Source: Mizuhopecten yessoensis (taxonomy: Eukaryota). Taken from it: DNA of 64,000 nt. Below the pieces are notes generated by a model. That model did not search any database, was not told where the DNA came from, and saw only the letters and a program-made list of their open reading frames with translations. The position numbers were made by a program, and so were the translations under genes. The stretch spans positions 320,883-384,882 of the forward strand of contig NW_018405300.1 of the NCBI RefSeq assembly GCF_002113885.1. Direction: 5' to 3'. This document shows, piece after piece, positions 24,001-37,100 of this stretch; the first letter of the stretch is position 1, and each line of letters starts with the position of its first letter.

Positions 24001-27000
24001 AGGAAATCAAATTCTTTCAGTACGGTCGGAGTCGCGTGTGGTCGTCTAATAACAGTCAAACTGTAGGCCTAACCAAAACAAGAACATTAAACAAAACACT
24101 ATGTTTTGAAAGACCAGTGTACATTATTTATATAAATTATGTACTGAATAGGTTAATTATCAATCGTGCAATGCTCATTCAAAGTAAAATATATTTAGTC
24201 CTGTCGACATGCATTTTGTGATATTTACATTTGCTCTGCATCATTCCATTGCAATGCATTGAGAAGGCAAATTTTGTTATGAGACTATAACAACATTTGC
24301 TCTTGTATTGTCATCAATCTCTATTGTGACGTCATCAATTTCATTTATGTCAACACTTAATTTGCTGTTCAAAGAACTGTTCGAAATAACTAACTAAAGC
24401 GTAACTACTCTATCAAAATGAAAAATATAAATAATGAACGTTTTAGCAAATATTGGTGTGGTCCTTTCTTACATAAAGCTCTGCCGGGCTTTATTAAGTT
24501 TGTCATAAATAGCAATGTGTGTTATAGGACCATAACAACATTTGATAGAACATACACACTTCTTTTTCCAGATGGGAATCCGATATGATAGATATTGTGC
24601 AGAGTTGGGTACCACTAGACACGGGTAAATATAACTTCCTCGTGTGAACACCATTAAATGTTGTCAATAACAAAACATATAACTCGACATTTCACTTCAC
24701 ATTATATAATAAATGAAGTTTCTAAGTTGAGCAAAAATAACTAAATCTTTAAAACATTTTTTTTCCCTTTGAAATGAACAATTTCAAATGTCTGTCTTCG
24801 GGATTGTCAAACATATGTGTACGGTATTATTAAAACACTAATACATGTGTAATTAGAAACGAATACAGAAATTATTATTTCCGTTTATCAACAGTGTTGT
24901 TCATTGCCGATGTTCGAGTTTCCTATGATGACTTCCGATCTACTATGGTATCCACTGCAGACTCCAAGACAATATTCACCGTTAATCCAGGTAACTCAAT
25001 CGTTACACATACGGGAAACCATTCTATGACGCATTCATATGTCCGTTGATTGGTAATTGTGTAGTGTTTAAAGGGTAACCTGTCTAATTGAAACCTGAAG
25101 GAACCGTAAAAATGCTAATAGAATTGTCAGGACAAGCAATATGTTATCAAGTCGAGAAAAGTAATAATGAACAATTGGGCAAAGAATAATGAATGAAATT
25201 CATTGTTATTTTGTATGGACAGAACACGTTCGTCGAATATTTTTACTTCAACAACGTACCAGTTTTGACAAGCGGGTTGTATTTTATAGATACACTGGAG
25301 GCTCACAGTTTGTACCAGTTCGCTCATTCCCAAATGATCGAGGATGAAGACGGAACGGCAGGGCAATCGGATCCCCCATGTAATGTTTTGATCATTCGAT
25401 AATTTTTTTTTAGCTTTACAAGTACTCAGGGTGGGTTTTTCTTCAGTTTTTTTTTTATCATGAATGGTCAATCTCCTACCGATGAAAAAATGTATTTTAG
25501 AATATATGGAACCTGTACCTGCTACATCATATCACACTTGGCTATTCTTAAACGCTTAACATTTGCAGATTAAAACTGGTAAAAGCTACTGATAGTATAC
25601 AGAAAAACAAAGTCACTTCCCTTGAATTCAAGTAAATAAGTCGGTCTTTTGGGTGAAATGTTCATGAACCAATTGATATTTAAATATTTCTAGCTACAAC
25701 TGATAACGTACAACACAACACAGTGAACGGGATCGAATTATATATGTATGTTATCGTTATGGATGTGTTTTTTAAAGTGGAAAGTATTACGGACGTCTAC
25801 ACGGTTTCACAATTAATTGATATGAAGATAGAAAGGACAGACGTATGGAAGCCTGCTGTGTATGGAGTAGTCTTTGCGTACTTGTCAAAGTTTGATGTTG
25901 ATGGGGATACCAGCCGAGTCCTCAGATACAGATGGTACGTGGAATGTCTCCTCTAGTATGAAGGTGATGGCGAAATTTAAGTGTATCGCATTAATTAGTT
26001 AGTAGTCATTGTTGCAGTCGGTCTTTAGTTCAGTCCCCAGCTAGAGTGGTGAAGATGATATGTTTGCTCAATGTCGCCGACGACGACATACGAAAAGTCA
26101 AAGTTGTTACTCGATCCCATGTTCGATGTATTTCTAATTACCGTAGAAAAAATAGAAAGGCTACTTGTGTGATGCCTTTACACATTCATTGGAGAGAAGC
26201 ATTCAAATTGGTTATTTGCCCACATGAAAACTAAGCTGCTAAGGCTCAATTTGATGCAAGTTTTAGTTTTAGTGAGAACATGGACCGTATTACCTGTAAG
26301 ATCATTGGACATATTGTGGTGTAGAATACAATTATTTTACTGTCATATAATTAGAAAAACTTCTTTTCTAGTGTCAAAAAATCCTTTAACTTTCAGTCAG
26401 AAATGTAGACAAACAGTAACAGAACTCACCGGATATACTTGCAGTAATACAGAATGTAGTAATGGGATTTTAAACGCCATCTCATCAACTGTAGACAACA
26501 CACAGCCCTCGGTTGAGTATTCGGTGACAGTTTCGTGGTCTGATTATACGGGAACCATCGAATACTGCCATCTGGATGGAGATGTTGCACAACAGCTGAT
26601 TGGAATTAAGGTAAAAGCAGTCACTTACTCGCTGAGGGATAAAAAGTTCAAAGCATAACATTAACAGTAAATACATTGTTTATTTTTCCCCCAAATTATT
26701 TAGTTCACTGCCTTCACAAGCTGAGTTGTATTAGTCCCGTTCTCTTGAAATTTATTTAAAAAATGTATAGATGTATCATGAAATAAAAAAGCAAACTATT
26801 GTATTAATGATTATTTTTAATTCAGGCAGAAGAGTTTGCTCAAATTTCCTTTCAAAGGAAGACTCAAGTGAAATGGACCCATCTTTTAGAGAAGCGCAAA
26901 ATGTACTTCAAAGTACGTAAACTCTTTTATCCTTTTAAATACTAAATAGTATGGAAATAATTACTTACGGACTAGAAAAGTGAACGTGATTATCGTCACC

Positions 27001-27760
27001 ATCACATATCTTGTCCATGACATCCTTTACAAGGTCAGGGTAACAGGGTGTTCAATAGCCTTTAATTTGACTCGAGCACCCTCTACTTTTGCTTTCCAAG
27101 AAACTGTTATAAGCAACCAGGATGTTCTCGATATTCAAATAAATCACTTCCATGACCATCTTTGAGGTTATCATCAAAATCTAAGGATTTTGCTCTGGAT
27201 ATACAATGTAAAAATGGCATTGCAACAGCAGTGCAGCTAGGTCGCTCTTATTAAACGCTTGATGTGTAAGCTGAAATTGACCTACATTTTAAAGAAATAA
27301 TGCAATATGAATTACATCCCTTTATGCCGTTCAAATTGTATAGTATGCTACATCGTAACTTGGGCTTCTAATCGTGATTTTTCTGCGGAGCTGGGGGAGG
27401 GGGTATTGTGACATTCTTCTATTTTTCTTTTTGTAATGAATATTTTTTTATTTTCTTTTGGTTCACACAAAAACAGTACAACATTTATATCATTTCAATA
27501 ATAATTGTTAAACAATACAGTTTCTTTCTTACATTCTTCTTATTAACCTTCAGTCTCTAAATAGATTTACCCTTCCCGTTTCATAATTGTGTGGCAAAAA
27601 GAACAATTACTACGGATAAGGATTGTTTATCATTCTCAAACATCAAATATTATTTCGATTTCAGATGAGTCGTTCCGTTGGAGAAACAGGCAAAGTGTTC
27701 CTGAGAGTTTTATCTTGCAAATCTGTTGATGGTAAAGAATTGCAACACAATTTACAGTAA
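21014..27760 (+). CDS. MEIOB: Meiosis-specific OB-fold ssDNA-binding protein MEIOB, 13 exons, 500 aa
   Basis: Exons 21014-21163, 22154-22211, 22712-22843, 23166-23241, 23334-23526, 23801-23901, 24572-24624, 24895-24990, 25290-25379, 25778-25934, 26397-26610, 26826-26912, 27665-27760. All introns are GT-AG and phases are consistent (1503 nt). Motifs ERYLLSFVLRDAPSYFVNVTCWG, SENHS, DYYILEDVI, INLLAVVK, RCELKLMDET, VLFIADVRV, SKTIFTVNPDTLEA, CQKC...CSNTEC, SDYTGTI and KWTHLLE match MEIOB as recalled. Confidence 0.93.
21327..21846 (+). mobile_element. 5'-truncated L1/Tx1 LINE (ORF2 C-terminus + 3' UTR) in MEIOB intron 1
   Basis: 15-bp TSD AATATATTGAACAGA at 21312-21326 and 21847-21861. Encodes LIKETYEIQKYIVNGK...DWEKWQNLL*, homologous to the end of ORF 54737-58123. 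Has a (GAT)n-rich UTR, AATAAA and an A-rich tail. Confidence 0.88.
21935..21996. repeat. Perfect 28-bp inverted repeat with 6-nt spacer
   Basis: TAATTTGTAATGATTTTTGTCCATACAT-GTTATG-ATGTATGGACAAAAATCATTACAAATTA. Confidence 0.92.
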
Positions 27761-29456
27761 CTACTCAGAATGTGGTTACATAGAACGGGACACACTGTGA
27801 TGAAACTTCTGTTGATGTATTAAATATTGAATTGCATAATGAATACTTTGTCATTTAAATTGACCAATACATTTTTATTATAATGATGACCGTTACACAA
27901 GTACCTAAACTGCTCCAATAGTCGAAGAGGAACTTGCAATGTCATAATACACTTCCACACCAAGTTTGAGCAAAATCAAATCTTGGAGAGAGACCACTAC
28001 AATCACCTTGGAAGGGAGACATACTGTTTTATTTTCGGTTCTTCCCGTTATTTTTCTTCGAATAATTGCTTATCCGGGCAGTAACCTTGAAACTCCATAG
28101 TTTGACATTGACCTCAATGTCAACGGTCAAGTAGTGCATTTTAAGGACAGTTTTGTCCAGATCGTAACTTTTAAACCGTTGAATATATCTTGATGAAACA
28201 TGCATTATACAAGCATCACTTACACATGATTTGCAGTGGACTATCGTCAGCAACTGTTACATTGACTGAAGCCATTGAATATATCATGAAGAAACTTGCG
28301 TGTTACAGAGATGATGTGCAATGCACGGTCATTGTGACCTTAACCTCATGGTCAAAAGGTCAAATGTATGCAAACATTTTAGTAACATTTAGTCTGGTTT
28401 ATAACTATCAAATCATTAAAGATGTCTCCATGAATTTTGCAGTATATCTGCATCACCAAGAGATGGTATGCAGTGCAGGTCAAATAAATACAAACTTTTC
28501 AGGTTTAACTGTAAAACCTTTAGGGTATTGTGACTTTCCACATCATAAATTTCTAATTGCATTCATTCATATATATGCATTTTCTAATTTACAAGTCGGA
28601 AATTCCTCTCATAAAAAAATGTATTTAAGATTTTTTTTAGATAAACGATCATTGTACTTGATAAGTGTATTTTGATATTGCAAGGGAAGGGGAACGAATA
28701 TTGGCTAATAAATGGAGATATGTTTTTTTTCACGAAAACAACTCTAGTTTTGATGTATTATTGATTAGATTGCATATTGTTTTTGCTTATTTGGCCGGGC
28801 GAGGGACTTTGGTAGCACAAGCAGATAATAGAAATATAATACAATCTGACCATTCTTTCAAAAGGTATCATCCGTAAAAAACAGCCAAGAAGAGTTAGTA
28901 CCGTAACAATACGCATGAATTTACTTACTGGCAATGCGAACAGAACCTACAAGCAGTCTCTGGCATGCCATTATATGCCAGGAAAATTACATTATACCTG
29001 AAAACTTGGCGGGATGACTCTTCGTCAAAACCTGCCAAAAACTTCACATTTAACATACTTCGGAAAGTTTTGGATTACCTTTATTGATATGCAACACGTT
29101 TACAAAACAGCTCACATATGCCCAGTAATCCCTAGCTATTTACCTTTAAATTCAGACGTATTCAGTCAATATGCAGGAAAATTCAAACTTAGTTAATAAA
29201 GTCCAGCACACCAAGGTTCAAAACTAGGTTATTGCCATCTTCTGTCAATTTTACCACCAAATGTATATCATTAGATAGACTTGGTCATGCTATGGGTGAA
29301 AGGCTTTTACAAGTCTCTTCTATTGCTTTTGTGACAATGAAATGTTTTAAACACCAGAATAAAAATTTGATGTAGTATATAAATTGATCAATGTTAGCCT
29401 TGCACTTAAAGATATAGATTTTGTCAAAATCATTTATGCAAAAACTGACTATCATT

Positions 29457-30698
29457 AGTTTAAACTTTATTTTATTGATGTTAAATTACTATAGTACATG
29501 GTTATAAATACAGAAAAAGGATCCAGAAACAAGGACATAGTACTTATGTAAATCCGTCTCCTTATAGACATAACAGCAGCTATGGATCAGTACTGACAAT
29601 ATTATAATTCATATAAATTATAATATTGTCAGTATAACATGTGCAGGGAAAAGAAAGAGAAGGGGTGCAAGGATTTATAGTGGGATGGGGATGGTGTTTG
29701 ATGGGGAAGCGATGGGAATCAAAACCACATTGAGAGAACAAACGCTGATTGCAAGAATACAAACGATATTTGACGAAAGAGCAGTGTCTGTACATGTTGT
29801 GGAAAGTTTATGTAGTATGTTATGAAAACATTTTAAAACTACAAATGCAATTCTTAACTGGCACTAATGATCTCTAACACTCTAGGCAGACCAATGCGAT
29901 ATGCAAGTAATTGCAAGTATCACCACAACAAACATGATTACTGATATGAATGAAGTTAAATTTTCTTAGAAAACGTCTAGACTGAATGATGAAGTTTTGA
30001 ACACAGTCAAAAATAGTTTCATATAAGTGAATTGGTAGTTCGGGTCTACCATAAAGTAAAAAGCTTACATTATAGTTAGGAGGTAGGCGACTAAAACATT
30101 GGATTCTCAGCTGCTGGTAGTTAGGACATTGGAGGAGGAGGAAATGTTCTGTAGTTTCAGTGGACAAATTACATGAGCACATGGAACTATCAACTAAGTT
30201 TCGTGCAAACAGGTGAATATTTAAGGAGCTGCAGTTCATCCCAAGTCGTGCATGATGCATCTCACCTGGTCTGTTTCTGCAGTAGTAATAGTGCTTAGGA
30301 ACAGAGAGTGTCGGCATTTAGAATTGTTTTGAGGTTAGTAATTGAGGGATTGTATTTTACGTTATCTGGTAGTGCATTCCATAAATCAACAGAAGAGGGG
30401 AGGAAAGAGTCTTTATATGGATTAGTTCGACAGTTGACTCGACAGAAATTGTTAGCTCTTCTTGTATTGTATGTATATTTGAATGGCGAGCAGGTAGAAC
30501 GTTAGCAAGATAAGATGGGCACTGACCATGAACAATCTTATGAAATTGGAGTAGTTTGTGTTTTCTCCTTCGGACAATAAGGGGGTCCCAGCCCGATTCT
30601 GCATATAGTCTGTAGTGACTTGTGAGTTTGGTTGCCCCAGTCACGATTCTGGCTGCTTCGAGTTGTATGTTTTCAATCAACTGGCTTTAGCCTCAAGT
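29457..30698 (-). mobile_element. 5'-truncated CR1/L2-group LINE
   Basis: Frameshifted ORF2 C-terminus (IENIQLEAARIVTGA...; HARLGMNCSSLN...CSC...ETTEHFLL.C). The 3' end reads AATAAAATAAAGTTTAAACT. Flanked by direct repeat CTATCATT (29449-29456 and 30699-30706). Confidence 0.9.
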
Positions 30699-31339
30699 CT
30701 ATCATTGAGAGTTCAACTCCATTCTAAAATATGACACATTAAAATTTCAATAGAATATCAAAAACAATTTAAATCAAGACGGATGTTCCTCGATATGGAT
30801 TTATTCAGTTGCATGATAAATAATTGTACATAGTTCATTACTAAGAAGTAATGACTTACAAGTCCCTTTTTTTCTGCATTGCAAACATCAAGATATCTTT
30901 TATTTTTGTAACTATGAAACCAGCATTTTTATACTGAAGACTTGAAAGTATATATTTCCTTTACCAAACATTCATGATATTGTTCAAACATCAAAAAATA
31001 GTACAATTTAAAACATATACAATTCAAGCTTAAAATCTAAATCAAATTGTTATTAGTCAATATTGTAAGTTTCTCAAATTAAAATGCCTAAATAATGATG
31101 TATAAAACGAAAATAGTCAAGCCACAAGAATATACAACATGGAATTCATAAAATTAAACTACAACACGGACAAGTCAGTAAGGGCCCTGTCTTGTGGCAA
31201 TATATCACCATAATCAAGAAGCAATCTGCTCATAAAGTTTAGCTTGACATTTGGACTTTAAATCCATATTTGCTGGGCAAATAGAAATGTTAATACCGGT
31301 GCAATACTCATTTGTTGGCTTTGATTTGTTTTATTTCAC

Positions 31340-32365
31340 CTTAAATACCCCCCCCCCCCCCATCAAGAGCGAGGGTCAAAGTCAAGAGATCCACTTTTTC
31401 TTTGACTTTGGGACCCAAATGACCTTGACCTTTAACCCAGTGACCCTGATCTTTGGTCAGTTGACTTATGCTTTAATTCTGACCAACTTTGCTTCATTAT
31501 GTCATAACAAAATGTTCATCAGGGAAAAGATATAAAATTTGACCTGGACCTTTGACCAAGTGACATTGGCATTTGGTCAATTGACTCCATGTTAAATTCC
31601 GACCAACATTGCTTCAATCAGTGAAAAGATGCAAAATTTGACATGCCTCGACATTTGAACCTAATGACCTTAACCTTTGACCTGGACCTTTTACCTCTGT
31701 GTGTATTTTTATGAACTGAACATCTTGACCAAGTTTCATGTATATGGGTCAATTAATACCAAAGTTATCTGCCAGGAACAAAATTTGCAGACGAACAGAC
31801 AGTTCTCCAATAGGGGGCCCTAATAACCTTAATCATTGATCAATTGAAACCTTGTTTGATTCTAACAAACTTTGCTTCAGGTCATAACAAAATGTTCACC
31901 AGTTAAGAAATGTAAATTTGACCTTGAACTTTGACCCAATGACCTTCAGCTTTGGTCAATTGATACCTTGTTTGATTGTGACCAACCTTTGCTTCATAAT
32001 GTTAAAACAAAATGTTAAGCAGTTGAAGGATACAAAACCTGACCCTGACCTTCGATCAGTTGACTTCTTGTTGTATTGTGACCAACTTTGCTTCATAATG
32101 TCATAACAAAATGTTTACCCGATAAGAGCTAACAAATTTGAAATTTTTAATGTTAAAATCCAAGATGGTTGATTAGCAGCCATTTTGAATCTGATCTGCC
32201 CGAAAAATTACCAAGCAGAACTAGGATGCACGGGAAATCATCATGTAAAATTTTAAAAACATACTCCTTTTACTTCCATCAATATTGTGCAAAAGAAAAG
32301 AAAAAACTGACAGACGGACAACTTGATTACTATAGAGCACCCGCATCTTCGATGTAGGGCCCTTA
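31340..32365 (+). mobile_element. Cluster of Helentron-like/TGACCTT satellite element fragments
   Basis: Multiple TGACCTTGACCTTTGACC...TTTGGTCA...ACCAACTTTGCTTCA...ACAAAATGTT units, ending in GACAGACGGACA...ACTATAGAGCACCCGCATCTTCGATGTAGGGCCC (microsatellite plus terminal hairpin). Confidence 0.6.
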
Positions 32366-34135
32366 TAATACTTGTGGTTGATGAAATTCAAGTTTAACAT
32401 GGGAACATTTAAAAAACACACTTCGGAGCACTTGCCCTAGCCAGGGCTTAAAGCTACACGCCTGATCTGGGCTACATGTTTATGTTTTATATTGAATGTT
32501 TTGGTAGTCCTGGCATAACATTTACTAGCCCTGACCAGCTAGCTAGTGGAATTGTATACCCCTGATGTAATTATGAATGAAAAGAACCATCACACAACAC
32601 AGTACATATAAACCTTGTAAAATGAGTAGCATGCCAACAAATAAAACTTAAATGTCTAACACAAAATGATAAAGACATGATTTTGATACATCAATACATG
32701 TGTGCGTCAATTTATATAAGACTATCTTCTGCTCTAAATATTGATCTTGTAGCAAGCAATAAATAAGATACAGTTCAAGTACTTGTAATCCACGTCTACT
32801 TCAACTATTGATGCTCCTTTGTTACATCATATATAAAGGTTTTACTAAATGCAAGACCATTATAACTGGCAACAGGTAATATGAATGATCATGATTAAAA
32901 AAAATTACAAGTCATTTTCAACAAATCACTGTGTAAATCTATCTCTTCAGGGAAAAGGAATGAATCAAAATTTAAAAAACAATAGCACAGAATTTAAGAC
33001 CAAAACAAATGTTTTGTACAACATACTGAACATACATTGCATGCAAAGTTTAGAAACAAAATTCCACCAGTGTACAATAAAATGGTTCAGAATGTTCCAT
33101 CAAATAGTTGGCCATTTTATCAAGTTGACTGTAGAAACATGTACAATCAAGTACAAACTTTTGTTCAATAATTCTCTAGGAAGTACTAAATTCCGACCTT
33201 TGTCCATGGAAGGTCCCTGCAAAATTTCATTGCAATTGGTTCAGGTGTTTTGGAGAAGAAGATTTTTGAAATTTTAGTCAATTTGTGAACTCGGTGAGTG
33301 TCTAGTGTAATCTTAATCACTACACAAATTATTGATATTGTAAATTTTCAAACAAACAGAGTTTAATAACTAAACAAGTTAAAATTTGTTCTCCCACCTC
33401 TACATATGAAAGATATGTATCATATGGACCATCCATGCAAGATAATCTTGGTCACCTGTATCTCCAGTACTGCATTTTTCAGTACCTATCAGCTAACATT
33501 TTACAAGGTGAAGTCCAATGCAAAAACATATCAGCAACTTGTGTTGCCCCACAAAAAATATTATTAAGCTTGCTGTAAACATTTGGATGGCACTCTAATT
33601 TTGAAGCAATTCCTCTGTAAAGCATACTTGATATTTAGTTTATATTTAATGTTGCATTTTCAATGTCATTGTTGATTTTACGTCATTCCCAGTTAGGAGG
33701 TGGGAGAAAAAGAGTTCATCACTACAATGTTGGAGGTATGAAAATTCTACCCTCAGATGTAAAATTTGGCAGAACCTAGGCGAGCCCTACATTCTAGGCT
33801 AGAATTTTCATATTCCACAATGTGACTTATTTACATAGGATAGAGTATGTTAGTCACTTTAATTTCATCTTTATATAAAAAAAAATACCAATATATACTA
33901 TTACAATCATCAGTATGCCCCTTAGGAAGCTTACTTTATGTATTCGTAAAGTTTAAAAGGAATTAGAATAGTCCTCCTACATATTTTCTTTGAGAAAACA
34001 TGGTGAGGTTTCTTTTTTCAGAAAACACGTTGACTACATTTAAAGGTGTTAACTAGAATGAAATGTCAGCATTTTTTTATCTTCGATTCAAGATATATCA
34101 AAATATAAAGTTTCACAAGGGGCTAGTTGCATCTC

Positions 34136-37100
34136 TCAGTATCTGCTGCTATATTCCCTGCTGCCATAGTCCCGACTACTGCTACCACCACCACCACTAC
34201 TACTACGTCCTCTTCCCCGGTAGTCACTACCTCCACCTCCTCTTCCTCCTCCTCCTCCATATCCTCGACTGCCACCTCTACTTCCACGGTAGCCTCCTCC
34301 TCCTCCTCCTCTACTGTAGCCACCACCACGACTATCTCTGCGATCCCGGTCTCCATATCCGCCACTTGATCTACGATCACCACCTCCTGTCAGAGTAAAT
34401 CAATCACTCAATTGTTAAAACAAGACGCAAACATCAATACTGAAAGAAGTCTTTGATCTTATTTTCCCAAGTACCAGATACAATTTATTAAGATAAGGAA
34501 ACAGAACCAACATTTATATCTAATTATCTCTTTTTTTAGCTTCCAATTCATTTATTTGATCTGGCATATTGCACATGAAAACAAGCTGGCATATTACACA
34601 TGAAAACAAGCGCTCAGATCACAAATGATTTATTTAAATGAAACTATTGACATTTCTTTTCTTCATAAACGATGTTTTACCTTGTCTATCAGAGGCATAA
34701 TCTATGTAAATCTCTCTTCCATCAATGTCAAAGCCCTGCTTTTCTCTCAAGGCATCAGTTGCATCCTCTTGTGATGTATATTCCACGAAACCAAAGCTGT
34801 CAGATTGAAGGGAGAACATTTGTTCATGCATACTTGTAAAATAATTAAACTCATAATTATGTTGTTATATCTGTATCGAATAATAATCAAAAGGTTTAAT
34901 TTTCATATATATATAATAACTTGAACCACAAAGGCATCATTGTCTTAATAAGAAGTATTAAGATATTTGATAACCATTGAAATAGCCCAATAATTTGCTC
35001 TAGTTTTCATGAGAGGGAGGATTTTCTTTAATATTACATATAATGCAGGTAAGAAAATCCTGTTCTTCAATTTCTAAAAGACAAGAATTTTGTGGATGGA
35101 AGTCTGTGCTATTCTGGTAGTCATGTTTTCATAATAACTATTTTTTAAAAACAATTACACTGGTTAAACCTGATGCATAAATGCTTAGTGAGGTGTAAAA
35201 CTCAATGCAGTATGAAATGTGCACACAAGTACCCCTAAAGTGTAGATGCTGAAAATTCAGTACATCAAAAGTGTGATCACTCATTCACTGCAAGTTTAAG
35301 GGAAGGGGGGGGGGGGCTAACCAGAGGCATCTCTGAGATGTCAATTGACATGTTAATATTCTTTTTCCCCCCTGTGCAGAATATAGAATTCCAATAGAAT
35401 ATAGAGAAAATGTATTAGTGACTGAATATATCAATTTGCAGCACTCTCTAGCGAAGTAGGCTGTATTTTACCTGAACCTGAAATCATATCTAAATCTGAT
35501 GACCATTCCCAGTCTACAACCAGATGAAAACAGCATGAACTTGTATTTACCTGGGTTTCAGTTTTCCTCAATATCGGGGTATATAACCTCCTTAAACGAC
35601 ACTTGACCCTCAAAATGAATTAGAGCCTTGCCATGTTCCCGATTTTGCCCCCAACTTATATGCCTCGTCATGTTTCCGATTTTGCCCTCAACTTATATGC
35701 CATGCCAAAACATTGTATCTACTTGAATGCAAATGGTATTTTTGTGTACGAGACTGCAAGTACTTGCCATGAATCTTGATTCATAATACACAGGTTTTTA
35801 CTCATTTTGTTACGAAAATATATAAACCAATTAATTGATTTAAGGTCATAGATATGTATTGATAAACAGGTAGGAAGTTCATCCCTAGTTGAAAATCCAA
35901 TGTAGGGAGACAGTATCACAATTTCCACATATTCTAATGTTTAATATTAAACTGATGAATATCGTATGTTTATTATTGACAGAACAGTGTTTTTCTCAAT
36001 ATTAAAGTATTTCAAAGCAATGCAGGCATTAATTCAGGGATTTTTTTATCAATGAGCCACATGTATCCATTTTTCTGTACTTCAGGAAACTGGCTACCTA
36101 TTTCACTACTGTGAAGTTTTTCAAGAAAGATAACTCTTACCTGCAATTAATATTTGCATATGGTTTTATTATAAAATGTCATTTTTTAATCGTTTATAGA
36201 TAATATATTTGACATAATTTCAGCATTTATTAAATTGATATAAATTAATGCAATACTAATCTATGGCAGTATAATTTTTATTGACATCGTTTTGCAAAAT
36301 TGTTTTTTTGTGGCAGACAATTTTCTTTCCTTCAAAGCAATATAACTACAAAATTTGAAGAATTCTACTGAGAAATGGTGACACAATCCTATTACCTTAA
36401 ATGAATTTGATGATCGGTTTTCATTCACAGAAATATCCTCTTTATGTTAAACTCTGAAGCCTTTGAAGCTTCACCTACAGTAATTTTCACCTATCATCCT
36501 GTATATGGCTCCACCTCCACCAATCAAAATGTTAGTTGCAGGATTCATTTGAAATGTGACGGTACTTAACTGGTTTGATTCATGTTGAATGGTTCTAATG
36601 TGTACAAGCATTTACACATCAGGTTCAGTGGATGTTAACTAATAAGAAATGTGTATTTTCAGTAATCTGAGAAGATCAGTTGGCCAGTAGTTTCAACAGC
36701 ATGTATAATGACTATCAATCTTGTTTGAATTGGTGATCAATCTTGTATAAGATACCAACCCTCTTGGTTTTCCAGTATCGGGAAACCTGATCAGTCGTGC
36801 AGATTCACATCCACCAAATGCAGTTAGAAGGTCCTTCTCAGTTGCATTGTATGATAAGTTCTTTATAAAAAGAACCTTAGTCTTTTCACCGCCTATGTAA
36901 TAAAATAATATTTTTCATTTGAAAATTAACACTTACCCTTTTCTTTCTTGTTTTAATGTTCAATTTCACCTGATTGTCATCCCTGCATACTGCACTGCTG
37001 ACGTTCATATATCTTTTTGAGAGAACTTAACAAACAGGTTCAAAATTTGCACCTGGAAATCATAAAATATTTCCATATAAACAAACCTTCAATAATACTA

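Noticed and set aside
34063-34398. His-rich, Thr/Ser-rich and Glu/Val-rich ORFs
   Set aside because: Alternative frames or the antisense of the Gly/Arg-rich last exon of the RRM gene.
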